In this document: piece after piece, positions 20,617 through 31,552 of the stretch | Position numbering within the stretch: the stretch's first letter is position 1 | Layout: each line of letters opens with the position of its first letter | DNA from: an uncultured Poribacteria bacterium | GTDB lineage: Bacteria; Poribacteria; WGA-4E; WGA-3G | DNA: 64,000 nucleotides | Assembly (NCBI GenBank): GCA_958296135.2 | Contig: CATQHZ020000001.1 | Location: 4,352,001 to 4,416,000 of the forward strand | Reading direction: 5' to 3' | Notes under the pieces: generated by a model | Seen by the model: only the letters and a program-made list of their open reading frames with translations | What the model was told of the DNA's origin: nothing | Database searches by the model: none | Program-made: the position numbers and the translations under genes

Positions 20617-20656
20617 CTTTTAACACGTTAGACGTTGATTTGGGACAAAAGGTACC
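20617..20656 (-). promoter_or_regulatory. Putative autoregulatory ECF promoter (GGTACC-N16-CGTCTAA)
   Basis: Minus strand GGTACCTTTTGtcccAAATcaACGTCTAACGTGTTAAAAG about 140 nt before the sigma ATG; resembles the GGAAC/CGTC ECF consensus. Confidence 0.8.
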
Positions 20657-21402
20657 AAAAATAATGATTTTTTATTTTATCAGAAAAACCGATTTCTTGT
20701 CAAGGAAAATAATTCATGATACGAGAACACGGATATCCATACGTCCGGTTGCGCAGCCGCCCTTTTCATCGGACTTCCGATGAAAATCGAGGGTGGAATT
20801 ACGCGAACTTTTGTCAGCAGGCCGCGCGGCGGGCAGTGAAACTGAGAACTCCATCTCAAGTTTGAATCATGATGTCCTGCTCTAAAGGTTGCGGACAGGT
20901 TCCGAAACGCTCCCAGTAGTGCGATTTGCCCCGCGCACAATGATTTTCTTTGGAAAGTGGCGAGCGGCGCGCCAGCGTGACAACAACCGGAGAACGAAAA
21001 CGTTCTCGGAAGGGCACTTTTCACGTCAGGGGCTCTAAATGATACCCTCGGCACGCAAAAAAAATGAAGGCCGCTTTCAATTTTTTTGACATGAGATGCT
21101 TTTTGGCGGGACATCGTTGCGCCCCCCTGCAGCGGAGGCAGATAATGAAGTTTAAGAAAAGAAGAGGGGTAATTCCGAGGCACTTGGCTGGAAACACTGC
21201 AGACAGAAGAATCTCCGAAAAACGCCGTTGATAAGTAACAAACGGAATGGTAAATTTTTAGCACTGACGCAGACTACACCCCGTAGGCGCAGTTGCAAAC
21301 CGCGCCTACCGGTACTGAATCGCCCTATAGTTGAAAATCTCTCCTACAGAATTTTGTTGAAATCTGTTAGAATAAACAAAACCCCAAAAGGAGACCGGAC
21401 AC

Positions 21403-22767
21403 ATGCCAACGACACTCAAAGCCGGCAGCGCGAGCGCGAATATCACGCCGCCCCTCGGTACAGCGATACCCGGCGGATTTCGAGCGCGATACGCCGAAAA
21501 TGTCGACGACGAACTCTTTGCAAAAGCCATTGTGCTCGATAACGGCGAAACCCGCATCGCCATGGTAACCTGCGATCTCATCGCCGTTACACAGAAAATG
21601 GTGGACTGCGCCAAGAAGCGCATCGCTGACAGGTGCGGCATCCCACCGGCACACGTGATGGTAAACGCCACGCACACGCATACCGCCGTGGCAATCGCTA
21701 ACCTGCTCGGCACGCCGGAGGATACCGATTACACCGAATGGGTACCGCTGAAAATCGCCGATGCCGTGGAATTAGCCGTCTGGCGACTGGCACCAGCGCG
21801 CGTAGGATTCGCAAGCCTCAATGAAGAACGCATCACCTTCAACCGACGGTGGCACATGAAAGACGGCACCGTCCGCATGAACCCCGGGGTCGAACACCCA
21901 GACCTGGTTAGCCCTACCGGCACGATCGACCCCGAGCTAACGATGATGTTCGTGGAAGCAGCGGATGGCACACCGCTCGCCGCCATCGCCAACTTCTCGC
22001 TGCATTACATTGGCACGGATAACGGCAACGCGCTCTCCGCGGACTATTTTGGGCATTTCGCCCGGTTGATGCAACGTTATCTGGGAAAGACCTGCGTCTC
22101 ACTGCTGTGGAACGCCGCATCGGGACAGATTAACAACACTGACTTCAGCGGAAAGAGGAAATGGACAGCGCGTGGACATCAGCAGGCGGAGAAAATGGCG
22201 AATGTCCTCGCCGGGCATTTTATCACTGAAATGCAGTTCATGGAAATGCACGAGACGCTGCCGCTCAGTGGGCACCTGCGCACGTTCACGTTCCCGCGCA
22301 AACGAATCACCGCCGAAGACCTCGAGCTCGCCGAACGGATCTTAGCCGTGCCGCCCGGCACTTACGACAATTATGAAACAGGCCCGTTCAGTTGGGTAGT
22401 CGGACAGCCCATCCCGAAGGCGTTGGTTGACATCTACGCCTTGGAATGCCAGCGCGTAGCAAAGTTGCCCGAACACCTCACCGCGCCCATCCAAGTCATC
22501 CGCATCGGCGAGGCAGCGATCGCGGCGTTACCCGGCGAAGTTTTCGTCGAGACAGGCCTGAACATCAAGTCAGCATCGGATGCAAGCCCGCTGTTCCTCG
22601 TGAGCTTAGCGAACGGCTATATCGGCTACATCTGCACAGACGAAGCGTTGACGCAGGAGGGGGGCTACGAAACATGGGCGGCGATGTCGTCTTTGCCGGC
22701 TGTCGGCACGGTGCCAGCGATGGAGGCTGTCGTCGCGGCGATGTTGGACGCGTCTCACCCTCAGTAG
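21403..22767 (+). CDS. Neutral/alkaline ceramidase-like amidohydrolase family protein
   Basis: ITPPLG, ATHTHT, FNRR, NFSLH, SADY, LPGEVF, NGYIGY, GGYE motifs. Confidence 0.8.
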   Translation: MPTTLKAGSASANITPPLGTAIPGGFRARYAENVDDELFAKAIVLDNGETRIAMVTCDLIAVTQKMVDCAKKRIADRCGIPPAHVMVNATHTHTAVAIANLLGTPEDTDYTEWVPLKIADAVELAVWRLAPARVGFASLNEERITFNRRWHMKDGTVRMNPGVEHPDLVSPTGTIDPELTMMFVEAADGTPLAAIANFSLHYIGTDNGNALSADYFGHFARLMQRYLGKTCVSLLWNAASGQINNTDFSGKRKWTARGHQQAEKMANVLAGHFITEMQFMEMHETLPLSGHLRTFTFPRKRITAEDLELAERILAVPPGTYDNYETGPFSWVVGQPIPKALVDIYALECQRVAKLPEHLTAPIQVIRIGEAAIAALPGEVFVETGLNIKSASDASPLFLVSLANGYIGYICTDEALTQEGGYETWAAMSSLPAVGTVPAMEAVVAAMLDASHPQ

Positions 22768-22880
22768 GCGCGGTTTCAAACCGCGCCTACCGCGAATTTT
22801 CTAACGTCCCGGGCTAATGACTAACTTTCCCAGGGAGTGAAGTCACCTTAACCCAGTTTTCCCCTTTTTCTTAAACAGAA

Positions 22881-22910
22881 AGGACAGGCACATCGTATTA
22901 TGCCTGTCCT
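22881..22910. terminator. Hairpin between convergent genes
   Basis: AGGACAGGCA-N10-TGCCTGTCCT, preceded by an A-rich tract (U tail on the minus strand, downstream of glnB). Confidence 0.55.
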
Positions 22911-23020
22911 AACGTTCAACTATAGACATTAAAGTCCTAACGGTCCTCTATCGGAATGAGGCACTTTCCGCTTTTCCCGCTGGCGCGCTGAAACACATCG
23001 CGCACCGAAGGCACTTAAGG

Positions 23021-23374
<354 letters not shown>

Positions 23375-23462
23375 TTAACGTGCGCGGCTGCCAAGCGCGC
23401 CTAGCAACCGCGCCCGAAGGATTGCGCCGGGCGGATTGCAGAACAACCCACCCGAAAACACC

Positions 23463-24890
23463 TTAAATGTCGTGATAGAGGTAGAACTCATACGGATGCG
23501 GCCGCATGTTCATGGCATCAACCTCATTCTCACGTTTGTAATCGATCCAGACATCAATGACATCCTGAGTGAACACGTCGCCCTTCAGGAGATACTCGTG
23601 GTCATCCTCTAATGCATCGAGGGAATCGCCGAGGGACACGGGTGTGGACTCAATGTCGGCGAGTTCTTCCGGCTCCAGATCGTAGAGGTCCTTGTCGAGC
23701 GGTTCGCCCGGATGGATGCGATTTTGGATGCCATCAAGGCCCGCCATCAGCAGCGCGCTGAACGCGAGGTACGGGTTACAGGACGGGTCCGGCGTGCGGA
23801 ACTCAATCCGTTTCCCCTTTTCACTCTTAGAGTAGACCGGGATGCGCACACACGCGCTGCGGTTCCGCTGCGAGTAGGCGATGTTCACGGGGGCTTCATA
23901 CCCCGGCACCAACCGCTTGTAAGAGTTGGTAGTCGGCGCAATGATGGCACACAGAGACCGGGCATGCGTGAGAAGGCCGCCGATGTAGTAAAGCGCGTCA
24001 TCGCTCAACAGCGAATACCCCTGCGGATCGTAGAAGAGGTTCTTCCCGTTCTTCCACAGACTCTGATGCACGTGCATCCCAGAACCGTTGTCTTGGAAGA
24101 GCGGCTTCGGCATGAATGTTGCAATCAGGTTGTGAGCACGCGCAACGTTCTTGATGATATACTTATACAACGCCATTTTGTCGCCGACCCGGGTCAAGGT
24201 GTCGAAGCGGATGTCAATCTCACCTTGTCCTGCAGTCCCCACCTCATGGTGATGCATTTCAACATCAATGCCTGCATCGATGAGTTTGAGACAGATTTCG
24301 GAGCGGAGGTCTTGGAACGTGTCGGAGGGCGGCACGGGGAAATACCCCTCTTTGTAGCGCGGCTTGTAGGCGAGATTCGGGTTCTCCTCGCGGCCGGAGT
24401 TCCAACTCCCCTCAACCGAATCAACGTAGTAATACCCCGAATGCTGCGTCTGCTCATAGCGAAGATCATTGAACATATAGAACTCCGCCTCTGGCCCCCA
24501 ATAACTGGTATCCGCAATCCCGGTGGCCTGCAGATATGCCTCCGCCTTCTGTGCGATATGCCGGACATCGCGCGTGTAATTCTCCAACGTAATCGGGTCT
24601 TTGATATTACACGCAATGCTCAGTGTAGGCACCTGGCAAACCGGGTCGATCATCGCTGTCGCCGGGTCCGGGAACAGCAGCATGTCGCTCTCATTAATCG
24701 CCTGGAAGCCGCGGATACTCGACCCGTCAAAACCGATGCCCTCCTCAAAAAGGGATTCGTCCAAGTCACTGGACAAGATGGTTAAGTGTTGCCACATCCC
24801 AGGGAGATCCATGAATTTGAGGTCGATTATCTTAATCTCGTTATCTTTCGCGAGCGCAACCACCTCACTTGGTGTCATTGTCATTCGCAT
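23463..24890 (-). CDS. glnA: Glutamine synthetase type I (beta)
   Basis: [50 protein letters not shown], adenylylation-site DLYDL. Confidence 0.98.
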   Translation of the reverse strand: MRMTMTPSEVVALAKDNEIKIIDLKFMDLPGMWQHLTILSSDLDESLFEEGIGFDGSSIRGFQAINESDMLLFPDPATAMIDPVCQVPTLSIACNIKDPITLENYTRDVRHIAQKAEAYLQATGIADTSYWGPEAEFYMFNDLRYEQTQHSGYYYVDSVEGSWNSGREENPNLAYKPRYKEGYFPVPPSDTFQDLRSEICLKLIDAGIDVEMHHHEVGTAGQGEIDIRFDTLTRVGDKMALYKYIIKNVARAHNLIATFMPKPLFQDNGSGMHVHQSLWKNGKNLFYDPQGYSLLSDDALYYIGGLLTHARSLCAIIAPTTNSYKRLVPGYEAPVNIAYSQRNRSACVRIPVYSKSEKGKRIEFRTPDPSCNPYLAFSALLMAGLDGIQNRIHPGEPLDKDLYDLEPEELADIESTPVSLGDSLDALEDDHEYLLKGDVFTQDVIDVWIDYKRENEVDAMNMRPHPYEFYLYHDI

Positions 24891-24989
24891 TTCCTCCTAA
24901 ATTATAACTCACAACTAACTGTCGGATAGGTTCGTCCACTGAATGCGCAACTCATTTCATTTGACGAACACGTTACCAAAATTAAACAA

Positions 24990-25005
24990 AGCAAAATCTA
25001 TGCCA
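24990..25005 (-). promoter_or_regulatory. Sigma54 (-24/-12) promoter of glnA-glnB
   Basis: Minus strand TGGCAT-AGATT-TTGCT fits TGGCAC-N5-TTGC(A/T). Confidence 0.85.
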
Positions 25006-25092
25006 AGTGCCGCAGCGAGTCGCCAGATCGCGCTACCCTTGACAAAGATAAGGATGCATACGGGATTACCTCATCGATTACCCCATCGGGTT

Positions 25093-25132
25093 TGCTAAAT
25101 TATTAGGCATAAAATTGCCCAACATTTCAGCA
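25093..25132. promoter_or_regulatory. Two NtrC-like enhancer boxes (TGC-N11-GCA)
   Basis: TGCTAAATTATTAGGCA (25093-25109) and TGCCCAACATTTCAGCA (25116-25132), about 90-125 bp upstream of the -24 box. Confidence 0.65.
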
Positions 25133-25195
25133 TTTTAGCACCTTCCATAGGCGCGCTCAAACCGCGCCTACCGAAAACCAGCAGCAGGACAACCC

Positions 25196-25774
25196 CTACG
25201 AAAATTCAAAATCTTTCGCGAAACGACTCGTTTCGGGGCTGTTTTGGCCCGCGTACTTGTTCGCCGGCTTCTGTCGATACGGCACTCTTGCAGGCGAAGA
25301 GAGCTGCTCAAAAGTGAACGCACAAATCCGCATCCCTGGATACAATTTCACCGGCATGCGGCCGAGGTTGCCTAATTCCAACGTCGCGATGCCTGTCCAG
25401 CCCGGGTCGAAGAGCCCGGCGGTGCTATGCACGATGATGCCCAGTCTGCCGAGGCTGCTTCTGCCTTCTAGGCGCGCCATCACGTCATCGGCCAGTTCCA
25501 GTTTCTCGCGAGTTGCAGCGAGAACAAACTCGCCCGGTTGCATCGTGAAGGCATCGTCATCAGGAACGTCCACGCGCCGCATCAAGTCGTTGGCATCGAT
25601 TTCACCGCGCAAATCGATGTAGGGATACTTGCTATGCTCAAACACGCGAAACGTGTTGCCCAACCTGAAGTCAATTGAGCAACTGCCGAGCTGCGTCTCT
25701 AAATCCGGCGCGGGCGTAATTTTAATTTTCCCCGCCTTCATATACTCAAGAATGTCCCTATCTGACAAAACCAT
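25196..25774 (-). CDS. dcd: dCTP deaminase
   Basis: MVLSDRDI, SIDFRLG, EGRSSLGRLG, AGLFDPGW, LELGN, KYAGQ. Confidence 0.95.
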   Translation of the reverse strand: MVLSDRDILEYMKAGKIKITPAPDLETQLGSCSIDFRLGNTFRVFEHSKYPYIDLRGEIDANDLMRRVDVPDDDAFTMQPGEFVLAATREKLELADDVMARLEGRSSLGRLGIIVHSTAGLFDPGWTGIATLELGNLGRMPVKLYPGMRICAFTFEQLSSPARVPYRQKPANKYAGQNSPETSRFAKDFEFS

Positions 25775-25963
25775 GATAGAATTTTACCATTTTTTGCAAA
25801 AAATGTCAAATTTTCTTCTTTTTCATCAGGCGCGGTTTGAAGAACCATGCCCGCAACCCAACCGTAGGCCGAGGGCCCGGCGAGCGCGAATCGCCGAGGG
25901 TTTCCCTCGCCACCCCCTCGGCCGCCTAGAGAAATCCGCTATGACAGTGTCAACGAAACGACT

Positions 25964-27292
25964 TTATTCTTCCCACTCCTCCGGGGCGACACCACGATAG
26001 GCGCAATCCAACAGATTCACCGGATGCATCGCTCTCATCGGTAACCCATGCTTTTGGATACCGAGTTGGATCTGGAGGAGGCAGCCCGGGTTACCGGTCG
26101 CGACGATGTCCGCGTGCGTCTCAGCGATGTGCCCCATTTTACGTTCCAGAATTTCCTGTGACAATGCCGGTTGCGTGATGTTATAGATGCCCGCGCTGCC
26201 GCAACACCACTCCGATTCGGTGAGCGCCACTAACTCAAGCCCCGGAATCGCTTGGAGGACTTTGCGCGGCTGAGCTCCGACACCTTGTCCGTGGAGCAGA
26301 TGGCACGGCTCGTCATAAGTGACGCGCCGGTGAATCTCGTCAGTCGGTGGCACCATCTCGATTTCCGCCAAGAATTCGCTGATGTCGCGCATCTTGCCGC
26401 TGAATTGCTTCGCTTTTTCCGCGTAAACAGCATCATCTTCAAGGAGCACATCGTATTCCTTGAGTGTCGCGCCGCAGCCCGCAGCGTTGATGATGATTGC
26501 GTCAAGTTCACCGGTATCAAATGCATCAATGTTCTGTTTCGCGAGCGTTGAAGCAAAGTCGCGCGCGCCGTTATGGAGATGTAACGCGCCGCAGCACGTC
26601 TGCTGTCGCGGCGTGACTACCTCGCAACCGTTACGTGTCAGGACGCGGATGGTAGCCAAGTTCGTTTCGGTAAAAACTTGGTTCATAACACACCCCGGTA
26701 TGAACCCGACACGATAACGCGTTTCGCCATCGGCAGGCGTGATGTCGCGTATCGTGTATTTGAGCCGCGGCGGCGGGATTTTCGGCAGCAGCGATTCCAT
26801 TTTCCCAAGCCGCCCCATCACTTTGAGAATCCCCGTTTTTTGGACGAGCCAGCGGATGCCTAGCCGTTGATAGAGCCACATCAGTTCAAACAGCAGGTCC
26901 AACCGTTCTCGGTGTGGGAGCAGCTGTTTGAAAACCAGATTGTTCCAGAACCGATAGCCTGCGGCGCGGTTTGCGTTGTTTTCATAGATAGCCCGCGCCT
27001 GCTCCAGCAATTCACCGAAGTGAACACCAGAAGGACACGCCGTCTCGCATGCCCGGCAATCCAAGCAGCGGTAGATATATTCCGCCCACTCCTCGTTAAG
27101 CGGTGTGGCATTTTCCGCTTTGAACGCGCTCCCCATGAGATACAACCTACCCCTCGGCGAATCAGTCTCCAGCCCCAATTCGCGATAGGTAGGGCAAGTA
27201 GGGAGGCAGAGCCCGCAGTGCGTGCAGGCATCCCATTTCTTCCAACTGAAAGTCTCTATGCCGACAAGCGGCTGTGTCTGTGGATTGGACAT
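25964..27292 (-). CDS. glcF: Glycolate oxidase iron-sulfur subunit-like (2x[4Fe-4S] + CCG domains)
   Basis: CTHCGLCLPTCP, SPRGR, CLDCRACETACP, TCCG, WCCGSAG, NPGCLLQ. Confidence 0.85.
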   Translation of the reverse strand: MSNPQTQPLVGIETFSWKKWDACTHCGLCLPTCPTYRELGLETDSPRGRLYLMGSAFKAENATPLNEEWAEYIYRCLDCRACETACPSGVHFGELLEQARAIYENNANRAAGYRFWNNLVFKQLLPHRERLDLLFELMWLYQRLGIRWLVQKTGILKVMGRLGKMESLLPKIPPPRLKYTIRDITPADGETRYRVGFIPGCVMNQVFTETNLATIRVLTRNGCEVVTPRQQTCCGALHLHNGARDFASTLAKQNIDAFDTGELDAIIINAAGCGATLKEYDVLLEDDAVYAEKAKQFSGKMRDISEFLAEIEMVPPTDEIHRRVTYDEPCHLLHGQGVGAQPRKVLQAIPGLELVALTESEWCCGSAGIYNITQPALSQEILERKMGHIAETHADIVATGNPGCLLQIQLGIQKHGLPMRAMHPVNLLDCAYRGVAPEEWEE

Positions 27293-27345
27293 AGTTATTC
27301 TTTCTTATACGGTTTATCTCCCGTATACGGGAGATAACACCTTTT

Positions 27346-27717
27346 TCAGCGGCGAAGCCGTTCGCTCATCGCCAGCAGAAAAAACAGGACAGTGAGCAAA
27401 ATCATGGCGATTGTGCCGACGATAAAGCCGATGTTACCTTGGGCGGCAAAACTTTTTTTCATATTCGCCCGGCTGTTTTCACGAATCTTCTCGGCAAGTT
27501 GCTGTTTGTCTTCCTGCGACAACTCGCCCCTTCTCAGGGATGTAGACTTTGGAGTCGTACGGAAATCCTTCGCGCTTTTCCGTTTGCTTATCGCCGTTCG
27601 GAAAAGGACGAACGCCAATAAACAAGGAGCCAACCACCAGATTATCAGCGGGATGGAGGCAAAGAGCATAAGAATCTTCACGATGAGGGATTTCGCAAAC
27701 TCATAGAGAAATTCCAT
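27346..27717 (-). CDS. Small membrane protein
   Basis: 123 aa from MEFLYEF; N- and C-terminal TM segments around a basic loop. Confidence 0.6.
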   Translation of the reverse strand: MEFLYEFAKSLIVKILMLFASIPLIIWWLAPCLLAFVLFRTAISKRKSAKDFRTTPKSTSLRRGELSQEDKQQLAEKIRENSRANMKKSFAAQGNIGFIVGTIAMILLTVLFFLLAMSERLRR

Positions 27718-27745
27718 TTTTCCACGCTCCCGGCTTCCCAAATCC

Positions 27746-27898
27746 CTACCCCTCGCCAAAACGCTCTGCGTCAACTTCCGATTTCCAGCCCGAAGGTTCC
27801 ATTGACGCAGACAGACGGTTACGCCGCGTTTTCCGTTTTGGGAAGATAAGGATGAAAAGCACTACAGAACAGACAACTGTCATAAAGAAACCATACAT
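27746..27898 (-). CDS. 50-aa single-TM peptide
   Basis: GAGGAG RBS, MYGFFMTVVCSVVLFILIF followed by KRKTRR. Confidence 0.5.
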   Translation of the reverse strand: MYGFFMTVVCSVVLFILIFPKRKTRRNRLSASMEPSGWKSEVDAERFGEG

Positions 27899-27918
27899 TT
27901 TCGTTGTCTCCTCATCCC

Positions 27919-28533
27919 TCAGCAGCACCGGAGAGCAGCCTCTGTCGCGGCTCCGAATACCGAATCAACCACGCCGAGTAGTGCAGGCAAATCATCCGAG
28001 GTAAAACTGGTTCGGTTTCGTGCAAAGACATCCCCGACGAGCCGCCCAAACTCCCACAATTTTCCATCGGTGACAATGCCATGCACAGGAGTCGCCGCAT
28101 CATCATTTATCCTTTGCGCGGCCACCAATTCAGCGAGACATTGGCCCCAGCCTTGCTCAAAGTCGTTTTTCTTTGCCTCAACCATCATTATCAAGGGACT
28201 GCCGACAACGGGGATTCCCAGTTTCGACCGGGTCGCGACGAAGTAATCGGGGGTACCGCTCAAGGTTTCGTCACAAACGATGGATTTCTTTATCCAGAGC
28301 GCGTAATCCTTGGCATACGCCTTATAGACTTCCTTCAGAACCGGAAAGATAACCGCCTCACACCGCGCTCCCTCGGACGCGAAAACGTCAATATACTGCT
28401 GGTTAAATTCAAAGTCTTGCAGAAAATGCTCCGACAGGGTGGAAACTTCACCCTTGACGAAGTCATAGCGCATGTAGGTAATCTGAAAGGTTTCTAGCAC
28501 TTCAGGAATGGTGTTGAAATCGCTAAAGGCCAT
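27919..28533 (-). CDS. PD-(D/E)XK nuclease-like protein (HsdR-N-like), paralog of the three genes at 53-55 kb
   Basis: GTPDYF...VEAKKNDFEQGWGQCLAELVAAQ..GIVTDG; 615 nt, like the other three copies. Confidence 0.8.
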   Translation of the reverse strand: MAFSDFNTIPEVLETFQITYMRYDFVKGEVSTLSEHFLQDFEFNQQYIDVFASEGARCEAVIFPVLKEVYKAYAKDYALWIKKSIVCDETLSGTPDYFVATRSKLGIPVVGSPLIMMVEAKKNDFEQGWGQCLAELVAAQRINDDAATPVHGIVTDGKLWEFGRLVGDVFARNRTSFTSDDLPALLGVVDSVFGAATEAALRCC

Positions 28534-28547
28534 GGATGCCACCTCAA

Positions 28548-29396
28548 TTAAACGGCCGTGCCCATGATAATCTTCGTGACTCCTTCGTTAAGACTACCCG
28601 AACGGTAACCCTGCAAATCCAGCGTGACGTGCGCGTATCCCAACACCTTGAAATGTTCGCTGATTTGTTGACGCGCCCCCGCATGGAGGAATCGCGACAT
28701 CTCCGCCGGTTCCAACTCAATCCGGGCAAGCTCTCCATGGTGCCGCACTCGGAACTGACGAATGCCTAAATCGTAAAGGAATTGCTCGGCTGCATCGACT
28801 TGCCGCAGCAATTCGCGCGTAATCCGCATACCATACGGAAAACGGGAGGACAAACACGCGAACGCGGGCTTATCCCACGTCGGAAGCTCCCACGCCTTTG
28901 AAATCTCGCGTATCTCCGCCTTCGTCAGGTTGACATCGATGAGCGGTGCCTGGATACCCATCCGCTTCGCCGCGTCCATCCCCGGCCGATGATCGCCCAC
29001 ATCGTCCGGAATCGCGCCGTAGACAATAGTGCCGACATCGTAGCTCTCGGCGATAGGACGGAGTTTGTCAAACAACTCTGTCTTGCAGAAATAACAGCGA
29101 TTTGTCGGATTGCTGGCGTAGCCTTCCAACGCCAATTCCTCGGTATGCACCGTTTCAAAGCGGATGCCGAGCTGCTTAGCGATATCCTGTGCCGCCCGCA
29201 TCTCGCGGATGGGATAAGAATCGGATATCGCAGTGACAGCAAGCGCATTGTCACCGAGCGCGTGCTGCGCCGCCTCCGCGAGGAAAGTGCTATCCACTCC
29301 TCCCGAAAAGGCAACGATAACCTTTTGATACTCGCGCAAGCAGGAGTAGAGCGCGTCTACCTTCGCTTGCAGGATGGACGATTCCAATGTTTTCAT
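28548..29396 (-). CDS. larE: ATP-dependent sulfur transferase LarE family
   Basis: PP-loop AFSGGVDS, RCYFCK, DHRPG, ACLSSRFPYG, RVRHH, DLQGYRSGS. Confidence 0.92.
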   Translation of the reverse strand: MKTLESSILQAKVDALYSCLREYQKVIVAFSGGVDSTFLAEAAQHALGDNALAVTAISDSYPIREMRAAQDIAKQLGIRFETVHTEELALEGYASNPTNRCYFCKTELFDKLRPIAESYDVGTIVYGAIPDDVGDHRPGMDAAKRMGIQAPLIDVNLTKAEIREISKAWELPTWDKPAFACLSSRFPYGMRITRELLRQVDAAEQFLYDLGIRQFRVRHHGELARIELEPAEMSRFLHAGARQQISEHFKVLGYAHVTLDLQGYRSGSLNEGVTKIIMGTAV

Positions 29397-29420
29397 TGAC
29401 TCTCTCCTCCCGAGTCTCTC

Positions 29421-30023
29421 TTAACGCGGACGTTCCGCTAACTGAATCTGCCGCAACTGCGAACTGAGCAACTGCCGTTTCAAACCGCTGAGCCTGTCAA
29501 TAAACAAAACTCCGTTGAGATGATCGATCTCGTGTTGCAGCGCACGCGCCAACAAGCCATCTGCCTCAATCCGAACCCGTTCACGCGCAACGTTAATCCC
29601 TTCGACGACAACTTTCTCCGGACGCTTCACATCGGCGGTGACATCCGGAATACTCAGGCACCCTTCCTCCGCGACAGCTTCCCCCTCCGCACTCAGGATT
29701 TCGGGGTTAAACAACATCACCGGCTCGTATGCCTCGTCGTCATCCTCACCTACGTCAACGATAAGGAAGCGTTTCAAAACGCCCACCTGCGTTGCAGCAA
29801 GCCCAATACCGTTGCCGGTGGCATACATCGTTATCAGCATTTCCTCCGCGAGTTGGAGCTCCGCGGCGGTAATTTCCTCAACCGGTTCAGCCTTCTTGCG
29901 GAGAACCGGGTCACCGTAGTAGCGGAGTTGCAGGGGGGCCGTTTGGCGCAAACACGGTTCTTCTTCAACCACCGCATCGGCAGCTGGCTGCGGATCTTTA
30001 GGTTTTCTTTTTCGTCTTGGCAT
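29421..30023 (-). CDS. def: Peptide deformylase
   Basis: GIGLAATQVG, EGCLS, QHEIDHLNG. Confidence 0.97.
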   Translation of the reverse strand: MPRRKRKPKDPQPAADAVVEEEPCLRQTAPLQLRYYGDPVLRKKAEPVEEITAAELQLAEEMLITMYATGNGIGLAATQVGVLKRFLIVDVGEDDDEAYEPVMLFNPEILSAEGEAVAEEGCLSIPDVTADVKRPEKVVVEGINVARERVRIEADGLLARALQHEIDHLNGVLFIDRLSGLKRQLLSSQLRQIQLAERPR

Positions 30024-30314
30024 TCTGTTAGACCTGGGTTCTTTTAAGATATTTTAATATTTTAACGTTTTTGTCACATTTTGTCAAGAAAAATCTCGAA
30101 AAATCGAAATACAGATTGCATGTCACCCAGGACATTTGCGTTTTCAAACTCCGGTCGTGGATATGAGAACTGAATTGCTCTGGCACGCCACCAGAACTTT
30201 GTAATTCTGAGAACTTACCTGCTAATCCTCTCACCGGTCATCTCTGCAGACAACGCAGCGGATATGTCTTTCTTGTAGACGTAACCCTGCAAGTTCGCGA
30301 TTCAGACAAAAATA

Positions 30315-30421
30315 TTCTTGACAATTTTTTTTGAAAAATTGTATCATAATTTGCAAGTGCCAATTAGCAATTCCTTTTTTGAATTTTTTCGCTTGACAAT
30401 TTTTTGAAAATTTGCCATAAT
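30315..30421 (+). promoter_or_regulatory. Two near-duplicate tandem sigma70 promoters
   Basis: CTTGACAATTTTTT..GAAAA.TTG..CATAAT occurs at about 30317 and 30392. Confidence 0.7.
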
Positions 30422-30472
30422 GAGGCAAAAGTTGAAGAAAAATTGTCTTACCAACTCAGGAGGCAAGTTCAG

Positions 30473-31307
30473 AATGAAAAAGTTTTATTTGTTTACCCTC
30501 GCAACGATGCTGATTTTTGCCCTAATCGGGGGGGGGCAAATCGACTCTGCGTTCGCGCAGAAAGTCAACATCATAGGCGGCCCGATAAAAGAGGCCGATT
30601 GGATGAAGAACCCCGGAAAAGCCGCGCTCAACGAAAACCATGCCGCGGAGAAGACGTGGATTACCAAGTGGTACGGCCCCGAAGGCAACTACGAAAACAA
30701 CGGGTCCTTCCAAGCCTCCGCGCCGAAGGACCTCATTGACGAAGGCACCAATGGCAAACTGACGCAGATTTCCCTCTCCACCGTCGCCGGGCTGCAAAAA
30801 ACCAAAACCATCAAAATGGCGTGGGATAAAGAGCACGGGGGCACACGAGAGTGGACCGTCTTTGAAATCGAACCGGCGAACGGTGACAATATGAACCGCG
30901 ACGGCCCTGTGGATAATATTGATACCTACGGTATCGTCGTGATTGCCGCACCCGAGGATATGAAAGCCGTCATGTCACCCGCGCACGATGACCACGCGCA
31001 AATCTGGATTAACGGCGAAAAGTGGTACAACAACTCCGAATGGACAGGTGCCGCGCAGGAAGTTGATTTCAACATCGAAGTCCAATTGCAAAAAGGCGCG
31101 AATGTCTTGCTTTACCGCGTCGGCGAAAGCGGCGGATCCGCTTACCTCAATCTGCACTTTGACGACAACACCCACAGAGTCGCCAAAATCTATCCTGACA
31201 AATCCGATGACCAGGACAGCTTCTTCAAGGAAGTTGCAGGTGTCCTAGCGGTGGACCCTGTCGGAAAGGCGACAACGACGTGGGCTGACATCAAGCGCAA
31301 TCGTTAA
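30473..31307 (+). CDS. Secreted jelly-roll/PA14-like protein with C-terminal GKxTTTW motif (paralog 1)
   Basis: Signal peptide MKKFYLF..AFA; HDDHAQIWING..LQKGANVLL; ends AVDPVGKATTTWADIKRNR. Confidence 0.8.
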
Positions 31308-31552
31308 GCGCGAGCCCATTTCGGCGGAAGCATCCGCTCCCGCCACTTATCCCACTGAACTGTAGGGCAAGCTCGCCCGAGCTCGCCGCTTCGGGAGTGG
31401 ACGAAGAGGGACAAACCCCTCAGCAGCATTCTTGTTATTTTTTCTTGACAAATTTGCGTTGAAAGACTATAATTTTGTCATGAATACTATGAGACGCGCG
31501 GAAACAACATTGTTTCCGCGCAAAACTTACCGTAAATAATAAAGGAGTTCAA

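Noticed and set aside
28548-29396. larE without larA/B/C nearby
   Set aside because: Scattered lar genes are common; cannot be judged from one window.
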